Shown in pieces: positions 13,306 to 26,471 of a DNA stretch of 64,000 nt. Below the pieces are notes generated by a model. The model made no database searches. It had not been told where the DNA came from and saw only the letters and a list, made by a program, of their open reading frames with translations. Position numbers and translations under genes: made by a program. Each line of letters opens with the position of its first letter. Within the stretch, counting starts at the first letter, position 1. This DNA comes from Octopus vulgaris (Eukaryota): assembly GCA_951406725.2 (NCBI GenBank), contig OX597825.1, positions 73,656,001 to 73,720,000 on the forward strand. The letters run 5' to 3'.

Positions 13306-13857
13306 AAATAGAAAGATGAATAATCTTGTAGTAGATTAATCAAAAGTTTAACCGATACCTTAGTAGCAAAAATCACAGCAGTAAACAGCACGGTTGGAGG
13401 TACAACCATATGGTGTTGCAACCGTGCGTTGGTGCGGATAATTGAAATTAAAATATTATTGGTGAATTGAAGAAATGGAGCTGAACGCAGATTGAACAGA
13501 AATCGTTTTATTTCATTCTACACGTGTTTCGAAAGGCACAATTTACCAAAATCCGATTGAATAATGGGACCATATTGTGTCTTTCTCTTCAGGAAGAAAA
13601 TAGGAAATCCGTTGGAAAAAACAAAAACAGAACAGAGGCGGAGCAAAAACAAATCGAACTAGGCTCCTAAGAGCCCATGGCGAAACTGTTTATCAGTGTA
13701 TGTTGAGAACCGGTGGCTGAAGAATTTAACGGGTCAGGCATCGGTCAATCATGTGGATGAGGGTGTGTAGATATTCTTTGTGACCGAGAATAAAGTTCTG
13801 ACTATTTAAGGAATATTGGATGTTTTATAAGGGGCGAGAAAAAATCTACTTAGAGAC
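13303..13857 (-). mobile_element. Penelope-like element 3' end (pLTR-type fragment) inserted in (TA)n
   Basis: Contains a hammerhead fold followed by AATAAA. Upstream frameshifted LIK..SLNSQ-like remnant resembles a GIY-YIG C-terminus (weak). Confidence 0.6.
13516..13595 (-). ncRNA. Type I hammerhead ribozyme with extended stem II
   Basis: Reverse complement: TTC-CTGAAGA-GAAAGACACAAT...ATTGTGCCTTTC-GAAA-CACGTG-TA-GAA. Intact core, palindromic stem III ACACGTGT, GUA cleavage triplet. Confidence 0.8.
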
Positions 13858-13972
13858 GTGTGTGTGTGTATACTGTTCTATATATGTGTGTGTTGGCGTA
13901 GGGGTAGAAAACATTTTTTGTGTACGTGTGTGCGTTTGATCTGCGTTCAGCTCCATTTCTTCAATTCACCAA

Positions 13973-14034
<62 letters not shown>

Positions 14035-14750
14035 TACGACAGGCTTCTTTCAGTTTCCGTCTACCAAATCCACTCCCAAGGCTTTGGTCGGCCCGAGGTT
14101 ACAGTAGAAGACACTTGCCCAAGGTGCCACGCAGTGGGACTGAACCCGGAACCATGTGGTTGGTAAGCAAGCTACTTACCACACAGCCGCTCCTACGCTA
14201 TAAGACATTTGCTTCTAGGTGTCGCGAAAAATGGCTTACGGCACTTCTTCAAGATCTGAATTCAATTTCCTCCGAGTTCACCTGTGTATTTTATCCTCTC
14301 GCAGTCAATAACATAATTACCAGTCAAATGCCAGAGTCAATGACACCAACTAACCTTCTATTCGAAAATTCCTGGCCTTGTACCTAAGTCAAAAACAATT
14401 ACTTGACAGCATTCTAAACACAGACTTACTCCACGCAATGTAACCTTATCTCTCCAAAAACACTTCTTGTCACACCACAACTCCACCGAATACTCCTTCA
14501 TAGAATTGCACACTATAATTTATATCACACGCTTCTTCTAAGTAATTCTATCTATGCCATCAGGCTTTTACGAAGCTGGAGGATATTTTGACTAAGCGTC
14601 TGATTCTTCGCTAAATAAAGTGAGGATAATTAGAATACATAAAGACTATCAATCTCACCATACTCACTTGGCTTAGGCGTTGACTTACTCTCTTCCTCAC
14701 TCCACCCCACCACGCACAAACTGTTGTCTACCTGTCTGTCCGCCCATTAG

Positions 14751-14900
<150 letters not shown>

Positions 14901-15074
14901 AGTCTGTCTGTCTGTCTTCCCACCTACCTCTCTGTCTGTCTGTCTATCTATCTGTCTATCTGTCTCTCTACTTATCAGTCTGTCTGTCTGCCTTCCTACC
15001 GGTCTGTTTGTCCGTCTGTCTGTCAGTCTGTCTGAGAGTGTGTATATGTATGTACATATATCTATTATTATTTT

Positions 15075-15278
15075 TATTTGTTTCAGTCATTAGCTTGCAG
15101 CCATGCTGGGGTGTCGCCCTGAAGAATTTTTGGCTGAATGAATCACCTACATTACATTTTTTAAAGCGTTGAACTCATTCTATCGGTGTCCTTTGCCGAA
15201 CCGCTAATTTACGAGGTCGAAAACAGACCAACAAGCGCTGGTGGGGGACAAACGAGGACGCACACATATGCAAGCACG

Positions 15279-15329
<51 letters not shown>

Positions 15330-15490
15330 CAGGTTTCCTGCAGTTTCCGTCAAACAAATCCACTCACAAGGCTTTGGTTGGCCTGAGGCTATAGTAGAAG
15401 ACACTTGTCGAGGGTGCCAAACAGTGGGACTGAACATGGAACTAAATGGTTGGGAAGCAAGCTTCTTACCGCACAGCTAGACCGGCGCCT
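15075..15490 (-). mobile_element. SINE family B, diverged, with internal (CA)n
   Basis: TTTCAGTCATT...GCCGAACCGCTAA...AAATCCACTCACAAGGCTTTGGT motifs. Confidence 0.8.
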
Positions 15491-16699
15491 GGACCGGCAT
15501 ATATATGTATTTATATGTGTGTATGTGTGTGTTTGTGTGTGCGCGTATGTGTGTGTTTTGTGTGTGTATTTTGGTTATACGTATGTGTGTATTTGGTTTT
15601 ACTACGCATCCACGTCACTAACTAATAATGGACAAACGCCATTTTCTTCCTCCATTTATTTCTCCATATATGTCTTAAAAATTAGTCTGTATAAACAAAA
15701 TGACTGAGGTTGTCGTCTGGTGTCTGTTGGTCACTTGATCTGTCGTCTGCTAAATTTATTCCATAAAACAATTGTCTCCCCTTCACTTCTCTCTCTCTCT
15801 CTGTCTTGTCAGCCCTATCTTACGATATGCGAAAATTTCAGATGTTTTGAAACGTTCACTCATCGTACAATTAAAAAAAGATCAAGGGCGGATCATTTAC
15901 CTTCCAGTCTAGTGGAAATTCAACAATACTGACAGCGATATAAATTATATTCAGAAAACATTATCTTGCTTTAGTTTTTATTCTCTCAGAACATCAAACA
16001 TTTATAACTTAAACCACTCGAGAATCGTGTTTTATTGCTACCAAAAAATTTTATGGATGTGAAACGTAGTGAAAATTCTACTTTTGTATATATATTACAA
16101 AATTCAGAGTTTGAAATTACCAAATAAACTTAACTTCCTAAAAGCTCTTCTCAGTTTCAAAACAAAAAAAGAGAAAACCTCTTTATAGTTCTAGTTTGAT
16201 GAAAATTCAGTCAAGATTGTGTGTTATACACAATTGTAACCTGCTGGTAAAACGAGTTCATTTGCAATTTATTTAAACATAGTTAATATATTATCATACA
16301 AACTATTCTCAGACATAAGAAAAATTGAAGTGCATAGATTTACTAAGAGAAAATCAGATCGAATAGGTTACCTTTTGAATGTAGCAGGGAAAAAAGCATA
16401 TAGATTTAATAAAATACATTTAATTTCACATTCTTAAGGAGAGGGATAGGCCTGATGACTGCTAACAATAACATGGATGTTACAACGTTTGAGTCTTAGC
16501 ATAGCGTGTCCCATGACAACGAATTCAAAATCTTATCTTTAATCTCTTTGTTTTCTAACAACAACAAAAGTTTATTCATTTCAGACGATTGCAGATCGTA
16601 ATTATTGCTGATAAAAATTGATAATTGATTTGTTTTATCAATGTAAACATAGATAAAAACCCATTTTTGAATACACATCACTGAACTAATATTCATGTA

Positions 16700-17010
16700 A
16701 AGAATAGCATGAATATTAGGGCGAACGTTTGTGAATTCGAAGCTGAGCACAGCACATTCATCAAAGCAGAATCTGTTTGTTTGTTTACTTAATGGAGCAT
16801 CAATATGGCTAAATCCACTTTCGATCATATTGGAACTTTGAAATGCAAGTAGAAACATGTCGGCGACTGCCCTAAGATTTTGATGTTTTATTGAAGCGTT
16901 TCTATTGCTTCAGAAAAAAAAATCGCTAAAGACTTTATATTTGAACAATGTCTTTGCCTCGAGAGCTACGTTAATTTCAATGAATTTCTTTTATATGTCA
17001 TCATCTATCA
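16700..17010 (-). pseudogene. Decayed hAT (Charlie/Buster, SCAND3/ZBED-like) transposase C-terminal dimerisation region
   Basis: EFIEINVALEAKTLFK...LRAVADMFLLAFQSSNMIESGFSHI..LSKQTNR resembles the hAT LLAFPSSY.VE.GFS....L.K.RNRL motif; frameshifted. Confidence 0.75.
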
Positions 17011-17315
17011 GTTTTATATGTCACCGCCCAACAATGCGAAGAAGTGCACAGTAATCAGCGGTGTATAACAACATCCGATAGTCAGGTCGATACAGTGATT
17101 ATAACTATAGACTATACGAAATGCATTCATCTGCTTCATGCTCCAATTATAAAAAGCTCGAGGAAATATTTAAAAATTACTGCGATGTCAAACAAAAGAA
17201 ATAAGCCAGTCTTTTTCTTTTATCCTTTTATGGTTTCAGCCAATAGACAGAGACCATGCTGGGGTACCGTCTTATCTGTTATGTGCATGCGCATCAAGAT
17301 ATTCCCCTAAAGAAT

Positions 17316-17365
<50 letters not shown>

Positions 17366-17368
17366 TGT

Positions 17369-17730
17369 AGTATATTTGCCACTTAAATGTGGTTAACACT
17401 TAAGGGTGGATGCTACTGTAGCTTGTAGCCCCAGGAGGACATCTTCTCCAGTTGGCTATTGACACACTTTCTGTGCTCTATGAGTATTTGCAAAGGGAAG
17501 TTATCCTTCCCAACTTCAGTCTGACATGATACACACGGACTGGAGTTTCTGGGTATTGACCCGTGTGTATGATGTCAGATTGAAGTTGAGAAGGATAGCT
17601 TCTATTTGCAAATACTCATAGAGCACAGAAAGTGTGTCAATAGCCAGCTGGAGAAGATGTCCTCCTGGGGCTACAAGCTACAGTAGCATCCACCCTTAAG
17701 GGTTAGCCACATTTAAGTGGTAAATATACT
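17369..17730. repeat. Long fold-back inverted repeat: 170-bp arms, 22-nt loop
   Basis: 17369-17538 is the reverse complement of 17561-17730 with about 10 mismatches. Lies between (TA)n tracts. Confidence 0.95.
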
Positions 17731-17794
17731 TCACGATGTCGTGTAGCTACTGTTTACACCTTTATACCTCGCTCAGAGATTATATATATATATA

Positions 17795-18048
17795 CAGGGC
17801 AATTGAAAAGTAACTCCCTATGGTACCTGTCTACGCTGCAAGACAAGATGTGGCCAGTTGTCAGTGCTTGGGAGAATAGTGAAGATTTGAATTTCATGCC
17901 AAATTGTGCACCTCCACTTTTTGCTCATGATCATCCCCAAAATACAACAATATCTGTTTCAACACAAGAATATTCATAGTTTTGTAAAAATTACAATTAA
18001 TAAATAATTTATAAGTACTTTAAAATAGGGAGTTACTTTCCAATCACC

Positions 18049-18051
<3 letters not shown>
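17795..18051. mobile_element. Tc1/mariner-type MITE with 27-bp TIRs
   Basis: TA|CAGGGCAATTGAAAAGTAACTCCCTAT ... ATAGGGAGTTACTTTCCAATCACCCTG. Confidence 0.75.
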
Positions 18052-18108
<57 letters not shown>

Positions 18109-18177
18109 ACACACATACATACGTTTTTATATTCGTTTTGCAAGATTCTTGATGTGAATTCGTATGTTGAAACAGTT

Positions 18178-18421
18178 ATTGTTGTATTTGGGGATGGTCA
18201 TGTTGCTAGTTTAGCCAATGAAAACGCATGCACTATATATGGCAGATCGTCAGGAAGGAGAGACACAAAAAAGAAAGAAGAAAGCAAAGGGCCACTGATG
18301 AGGTCACAGAAGTGTGACGAAAGAACTCTGGTCGAAATACAATTAATATGAAATAAAGCTAAAGCAAGTGAACACCAAATATAGAGCGTGTGGCAATTTC
18401 ACCATCCCCAAATACAGCAAT
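18178..18421 (+). mobile_element. Small hammerhead-bearing element with 21-bp inverted ends, in (TA)n
   Basis: ATTGTTGTATTTGGGGATGGT ... ACCATCCCCAAATACAGCAAT. Related fragments at ~17927-17990 and ~53398-53440. Confidence 0.7.
18290..18333 (+). ncRNA. Type I hammerhead ribozyme
   Basis: GGCCA-CTGATGA-G-GTCACA-GAAG-TGTGAC-GAAA-GAAC-TC-TGGTC: 5-bp stem I, 6-bp stem II, CUC triplet. AATAAA about 20 nt downstream. Confidence 0.85.
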
Positions 18422-18435
18422 ATATATATATATAT

Positions 18436-18814
18436 AGGCTTCCCAACCACATGGTTCCGGGTTCAGTCCCACTGCGTGGCACCTTGGGCAAGTTTCTTCT
18501 ACTATAGTCTTGGGCCGACCAAAGCCTTGTGAGTGGATTTCGTAGGCGGAAACTGAAAGAAGCTCATCGTATATATATGTATATATATATATGTATGTGC
18601 GTGTATATGTTAGTGCGTCTGTGTTTGTCCTCCTCAACATCGCTTGACAACCGATGCTGGTGTGTTTACGTCCCCGTAACCTAGCGGTTCGGCAAAAGAG
18701 ACCGATAGAATACGTACTAGGCTTACAAAGAATAAGTCTTGGGGTTGATTTGCTCGACTAAAGGCGGTACTCCAGCATGGCCACACTCAAATGACTGAAA
18801 CAAGTAAAGAGTAA

Positions 18815-18815
<1 letters not shown>
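18436..18815 (+). mobile_element. SINE family B
   Basis: Collinear with 4733-5103. Confidence 0.9.
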
Positions 18816-18848
<33 letters not shown>

Positions 18849-19072
18849 CTATTGTGCACGACACTTGGTCAAGGTGCTGCACAGTGGGACTGAATCTGAA
18901 ACCTCATGGTTGCAAAACCAGTTCCTTAACCACACAGCCAGCCATGACTCAATCTTGCACTATATAAATATATTTCCCTTGTACTTCATTACTAATGCAT
19001 TGTACTAATACATTTCCATGCACTTGAACAACTCTAAAATATAAGTCAGCTAAATATATACACAAAACACGT

Positions 19073-19075
19073 GAT

Positions 19076-19129
<54 letters not shown>

Positions 19130-19178
19130 TATTATTATTATTATTATTATTATTAGTATTATTCTTGTTATTCTTCTT

Positions 19179-19209
<31 letters not shown>

Positions 19210-19239
19210 TTATTATTATTATTATTATTATTAGTATTA

Positions 19240-19283
<44 letters not shown>

Positions 19284-19329
19284 GTTATTATCATTCTTCT
19301 TCTTCTTATTGTTATTGTTCTTCTTGTTC

Positions 19330-19369
<40 letters not shown>

Positions 19370-19385
19370 TGCTACTACTACTATT
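19073..19385. repeat. Compound (TAA)n/(TTA)n/(TTC)n microsatellite
   Basis: Direct reading; source of the poly-I/poly-L ORFs. Confidence 0.95.
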
Positions 19386-20188
19386 TCATTACTACACAGC
19401 TGTAATTCATTACCTCGTCATGAAATCGTCATCTGGGAAGGAACGCCACAGAGTTGAATCTAAAAAAGTTCCGCCAACCTTTTGTAAGTTAAACTCCTCG
19501 AGCTAACCACTTTATTTCGCTAATCAAAGGAAACAGCAGGAAACGTCTTCCCCGGCATCATATAATACTGATTCGAAACGTTGAGAACGGAGAGCGTTTA
19601 CTTTTGTGCAGTTCATAACACTTCATACGTCTTTTCAAAAGCATCATAAAAATGTTCTGCTTTCAGTTTTCTTTTACTCTTTCACGTTTTTTATCCCCCT
19701 AAAAGAAACACAATACATGCTGCTTTCATTAGGATCTGTATAATTGGTTTCTGCTACGTCCGTGCATTCGCGGTTCATTTTTTTGGCTTTGGAGAAGAAA
19801 CCCTGGATTTGTTAGATTTCCCGCGTCATAAAAGCGTAAATTGAATATGGATATGATGATTAAATATCTAAATTTTAAATGTTCGAGGTAGAAAATTTTA
19901 TTCGACTCTCTGCCCAGCTACTTCTATCGTTGGGCAATCAATATCATCCAGGTTAGAAACCCTTGGTTTATATGCGTGCATATATGTAACTCACACCTAT
20001 ACATCCACGTCCTGTTACATACACTCATGTATATATACATATATATGTCTGTATGTTTACCTGTATATATGTATGTACGTATGTGTGTAAGTGTATGTAT
20101 GAACATAAATAAAGTAATGGTCACAAAAGAAGACAATATTGGAAGTACATATATTGTATTAGTTTAAAGCTTAAAAAGAAGGGTAAAC

Positions 20189-20224
20189 TCTTGATGTTTC
20201 GGACGCTAGTCCTTCATCAGAAGA
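20189..20224 (-). ncRNA. Minimal type I hammerhead-like motif (Penelope-type) within a ~600-bp element at ~20105-20705
   Basis: Reverse complement: TCTT-CTGATGA-A-GGAC-TAGC-GTCC-GAAAC-ATC-AAGA. Stems I and II are intact; stem III is absent. Confidence 0.7.
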
Positions 20225-20822
20225 AAGAAGAGAATATGGTTGGGGGAAAACAAAGGAAAAATAGAAGGGTTTCAGGACTAGGTTTTAATGCAGTTCTATG
20301 GGAGGAAAGTTAAGGAGGGAAGATAATGCAGGGTGGTGTACGCATGTACAGGAGAGTACCCATGTATAGAAATAGGCACAGGAGGAGATGTGTGTGAGTG
20401 TTGGTATGAGGGAAGCTTTGTGTGATCAGTTTGGAGACTATGTAGGTGTGTGGAGCCGTGCAAGTGTGGAAATGTAATGTCGTGGGATAGAGGGCCTGCG
20501 TAAAAAGAGGGTGGGTGCGTCGGTGTAATTGTATTATGGGAAAGAGCAGGGTGTGGAGGGGAGGAAGAGTGGCAGGCACTTGTGTGAAGCGAAAGGGGAG
20601 GTAAAAGGAATGAGGTGTTTTAAAAAAAAGGACTCCGAAAAAGTAAAAAACGGTGTAAATAGCAAAATTAACACTAGTGGCCACTCACTGAAAAACAAAG
20701 ATGATGCATATATAATATATAATGTAGATACGCATATAGACACACGCACACTTTATATATATATATGTAACGAAATGTTAGCACCATGTATGTATGTATA
20801 TATATATATGCACATGTGTGTA

Positions 20823-20921
<99 letters not shown>

Positions 20922-21064
20922 GTTTATATATATATATATATATATGTGCTTGTATGCATGTTTGTATATTTGCGTAGTATAGCATATTGAAGCTTGGCCA
21001 ACAACATGGGCTTGGCAAGATTATGCGATTGAATCCAGGAGAGAATTAAGACGTAATCTCTTAC

Positions 21065-21139
21065 CTGCACTTCCAATGCATGGTAGGCAAGAATTAATCC
21101 AAGGAGAATCACCGTAGACACGCTTATTAACGACTTCAT
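21065..21139 (-). CDS. First coding exon of a probable secreted protein: signal peptide MKSLISVSTVILLGLILAYHALEVQ (exon 21065-21160 including 5' UTR)
   Basis: Reverse complement shows a long polypyrimidine tract plus TTTAG| acceptor, ATCAATG start, basic N-terminus with hydrophobic core, and a consensus donor CAG|GTAAGA (phase 0). Confidence 0.65.
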
Positions 21140-23383
21140 TGATTTAGATACCGGTTCGTCCTAAAAGAATATGAAAAAAAAAAATAAAGAAAAAATGTTT
21201 AGTCATGATTTATAAAAGTGTTATTGAAAAAGTAGAAGCTGAAACGAAAAGTCCCGTAATTCGTTAGGATAGGTGGATTAATACAGAATGCTTCGATTTC
21301 AAGTAATGTAATGAAAAAAAAATCAGATCAGACGACATATCGTGTGATGAGCAGACGACAAAAAAAAATATATATGTATGTATGTATATACGTCTGACAA
21401 ACTCATTAAAACTAAACAAAATTATTATGTCGTTAAAGTAAAAAAATTGAATGAGATTGCGAGCCTTGAAGGTGGTCACTGCTAGAATGAATAGTAAGCG
21501 AGGGTGCCTTAAATTGTTTTATTCGGATGTTTCAACGAATGGATAAGTTGGTAATAAAAAATTTGAATTTGTTTCAGATCTTTTACTAAATCCGTATGAG
21601 GCTTGAAATAAGACAAAAACTATCGCGTGTACAATTTACAATATATACTTGAGTGACAAGAAACGTGTGTTTGTAAATTTTAAAAACCAAATATACTTGG
21701 AGAAGCTTGTTGTAATTTTCTTTTAAACATACCCCAACATGGCTACAGTTAAATGACCGAAACAAGTAAAAGAATAAAAGAATGATGCTTGAATAAATGG
21801 GTGTGATGATACTTTACCCACACACCGCAATGTCTGGAAGCAATCACCGCTGGGAGAAGTATTTGGAGTGATATAATTGTATCATCAGTAACACACATTA
21901 TAAGCAAAAGACTATAAACCTAGTCTTCAGGTAGTATCAAAATTACATATACCTGAATAGGCTGTTAAACGTTGGTTCGAAGTTAAAATATTACTAGAAC
22001 ATTCCATGTTAAATAGACCAGATACAGTTCCATGGAATCTAGGCTAAAAATTACTTCCTAATAAAAGTGTCACTTGTTCAGCTGTGAATGTTTTATTCAA
22101 TTTCGGATGAAAGAAACTTCTCTAATGTGATATTCACAGAAGAACGACTCTCTGATAAGATATGCAGCTTCATGGTCAACAGATACATTATCTGCAGACA
22201 AATTCTAAACTTGATTACAAGTTTCCAGTTGCGTTTATGAAGCAACAGTCCATTTGGCTACATTATCAAATGTCTACTAGTTATGAAATAAAAGTTGATG
22301 CCTTTAAAAGTGATGAGGAAAAGTTGATTCTTGTTTTAGAAATCTAATCCATTAAGTGCAAAACTTTTTATGCGAGGTATTATTTACAAGTTAATCTCTA
22401 GAGAAAATTGCAGTTTAATGTTACTTTGTAACTTTAGAACGTCTCTGATTGCGTAGAGATGATTATGATCAAAAGTTTTTTGGTCGGGGGCATCAGCCGT
22501 GTGAATCTTGAAATAAGATAAAAAGCGTACCACGCATAATTAGAGCGGACAAGAGGCAAGGGTCTATGACAATGAATATTCCCAAATAAACCATGTTTGA
22601 AAAGCCAAATATACATGAAGAGGCTTGTAAATTTTTTTAAGTCCTAGGTTTTCTTGAAATGCATTATCTAATCTATCCTTTCTATTTTTGATGAAAGAAT
22701 GATGTGGTTTGAGTGAGATTTGAGTGTTATTTCTAGTAGGTCGAAACACCACGTAACAACTTCTTTGTGGGCGGATCATTTTGTTTTTTATAGCACATGT
22801 TGTGCAATGTGTACAGTCATTCCCCGTTGTACAAGCAATAGTGTCATTCCGATATATGAATGGTGCTAAATTTTAATTTTAATCTTGAGAAGCTGACTTT
22901 TGTTACTAAATAGATTTGACAAATTCGATATAATTTTAATGTATGGTAATTCAGTGTGATATATATATTCTTTTCCGACCCACATCCAGCTTTCCCACTT
23001 GTATAAAAACAGAACACTATATAAAATTCTCCTTTAGTTCGGCATATTTGCCGACGGCGCATCCTCTTTTTTATTCGGCACCTTTGCCAAAGAGGCACCT
23101 CCCTCCTCCGCGTAGCACCTTGCCGGGGATCATGCTTTCTCCGAATACTTTCCGACCGTTGGTTTTCGATTTAAGACGCAGCACTTCTTCTTTCTAGTAT
23201 GCCTATTTCTTTTTCCTACCCGACACTTGACCGGTGGTACATGACTACTATTGCTATTGCTATTACTATTATTCTCTTACTAATGTAATACAGCCGACAA
23301 CTAACTGTCGTTTCTTTTACAATTGTGACGGCTTGAATAAAATCGGTTAGAAACAATTTTTTTCTTCCTGGTCATTCATGCTG

Positions 23384-23718
23384 AGACCTCCTTCGGTCAT
23401 GAATGACCCTGGTTTTGCGCCTAGAAAGTTACCCTCCCAGGCACAAGTCCGGGCAAGGTTGTTTATGAAAGACCAGCAGTCGCCCATGCATACCAGCTTC
23501 CCTTCTCTATGCCACCGATGTTATCCAAGGGAAAGGCAAAGGCCGATACAGCTTGGCACCAGTGACGTCGCAACTCATTTCTACAGCTGAGTGAACTGGA
23601 GCAACGTGAAATAAAGTGTCTTGCTCAAGAACACAACACGCAGCCCGGTTCGGGATTCGAACTGACAACTTCACGATCATAAGCTCTACGCTCTAACCAC
23701 TGCGCCATGCGCCTTCAC
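23384..23718 (-). mobile_element. SINE family C, full length
   Basis: Reverse complement of 6967-7302; GTCATTCAT on both flanks. Confidence 0.9.
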
Positions 23719-23960
23719 TTAGTCATTCATAGTGGTGCATATATCTGTTACAGGAATATGAAGTGCTTCAACATAGGAATCCTCAATCAAATTTCTCCCT
23801 AAAGCACAAGGCACTGGTCGGCCTGAAGTTATGGCAACATGCAATAGGGCTGGGCCTTAAGCTACGTAATTGCGATGCGAACCTCAAACTTCTTATATGC
23901 ACAGGCATGCCAGTTGAAACTCGCGTAAACACTAAAAGATCACAATCCCAAACTGATACC

Positions 23961-24348
23961 GATTTCTTTATTACCCACAAGGGGCTAAACACAGAGGGGA
24001 CAAACAAGGACAGGCATAGGTATTAAGTCGATTACATCGACCCCAGTGCGTAACTGGTACTTAATTTATCGACCCCGAAAGGATGGAAGGCAAAGTCGAC
24101 CAAGGCGGAATTTGAACTCACAACGTAACGCAGACGAAATACCTATTTCTTTATTACCCACAAGGGGCTAAACACAGAGGTGACAAACAAGGACAGGTAT
24201 AGGTATTAAGTCGATTACATCGACCCCGGTGCGTAACTGGTACTTAATTTATCGACCCCGAAAGGATGAAAGGCAAAGTCGACCTCGGCGGAATTTGAAC
24301 TCACAACGTAACGCAGACGAAATACGGCTACGCATTTCGCCCGGCGTG
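23961..24348 (-). mobile_element. SINE family A dimer, young
   Basis: Two near-identical units with a 12-bp TSD CAAACTGATACC (23949-23960, 24349-24360). Confidence 0.92.
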
Positions 24349-24686
24349 CAAACTGATACCACCCACATCTAAGACACACAAATCAGCGCTCGGATGTGGA
24401 ATAAGAGAACATAATAACAAGCCCACTTAAATAACAATAATAATCATAATAATGATGACGAAGAAAAAGATTAGAAAAAAAAGTTTATAAATGGAAACCA
24501 GAAGTTGTTTATTCCAAAACCGTTATTGTAATATAATTTCCATCTTAGAGATAGAAGAATGGTGACTAATTTCTTTTATATTCGAATGATAAATGATAGA
24601 CTACCGGTTTCTAAAAATCACCTGCAGTTTTGATTAAACAAGCGTTTATACGTAGACTTTCTCGGTATTATATATATGTGTGTGCA

Positions 24687-24801
<115 letters not shown>

Positions 24802-24802
24802 A

Positions 24803-24865
<63 letters not shown>

Positions 24866-24970
24866 GCGAGTCCGCGTGCGTATGTGCCTAATTATTTACT
24901 TCCGATTTCTTCTGCCCATTACTTACTGAATCTATAATGGAAATAAAGTTAATGTACACACGCGTGCGCA

Positions 24971-25020
<50 letters not shown>

Positions 25021-25452
25021 CACACACATAAAGACGCACACATACAGACGCATACACATAAAGACGCACATATACACACACATACATATATGTATATCTG
25101 TGTGTCTGTTTGTCTGTATGTGTGTGTGTATATGTATATATATATATACGCGCGTATGCAAAAATGTGTATTACATAAGTTCTCATTTCTTTTAATGATT
25201 TTGTAGCAATATGAATTTGAGATACGAAAATAAAATAAAAGGAAATAGAAATAAAAAACAAAAAAATTAAAAAGAAAATAATAAGTAAACAAAAAAAACA
25301 AGTCAGAATGGTGATTTCAGCTAAGTGAAGAATCTGCATGAAAATTGTTTTATTAAACCCACAATTGCTTTAAACTGTTGAATAATGGTTTATTACTGGA
25401 TAGATTAGATGAAGAACTTGTTCCCAAATGAATGTTGGCTGTAAAGGTTTCA

Positions 25453-25740
<288 letters not shown>

Positions 25741-25948
25741 AACACAATCGAAGAATGATGTTATTTCATTATATCATTAATCACTCATGATGCTCTTCTC
25801 CCCTCACAGCGAAAATTTAACTATGTGTCAAGATTGCCAAGATTAATACGTAGATATACATGCATACATACATACATACATACATACATACATACATACA
25901 TACATACATACATACATACATACATACATACATACATACATACATACA

Positions 25949-25982
<34 letters not shown>

Positions 25983-26436
25983 CATACTTACATGCATGCA
26001 TATATTTCGTATTCATGCCAATAATTGGAGCACTAGGTTTTTTGCTAATAAATACTTAAAGACGAATCTGGATAAACTAGGATTTTGACAAAGAGAAATC
26101 GACTGGCTGATTCGTACATTGCGAGTGCAATCTGTGAGTGGAACAGTAAAAATATGCAAGACTTTTCTCAAGTTCTAAACGGGAATTTATCTCTGTTAAC
26201 TGCATCCCAAGGATGGCGCCGTGTGTCTTTGTTGGAAACCGGCTCAATCTTCAGAGGAAGATTTATAGTAATTAAAAAATAGAAGAGACATACATATATA
26301 CTCAGGCTCACTCACATATGGATGATATACATATACATATATACATACTTATAGACGTACACGCACACAAACCACAAAAACAGACACATACACACATGAA
26401 TATATACATCATATACATATATATATATAACATATA

Positions 26437-26471
<35 letters not shown>

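Larger units (their letters stand above)
13045..14200 (-). mobile_element. SINE family B split by an insertion into its internal microsatellite (3' half 13045-13260, 5' half 14035-14200)
   Basis: Both halves are collinear with the intact copy at 4733-5103. Confidence 0.85.

Noticed and set aside
19414-19459. Possible 46-nt minus-strand micro-exon (STLWRSFPDDDFMT)
   Set aside because: It is open only in a phase incompatible with direct splicing to the phase-0 donor at 21065, and there is no other support.
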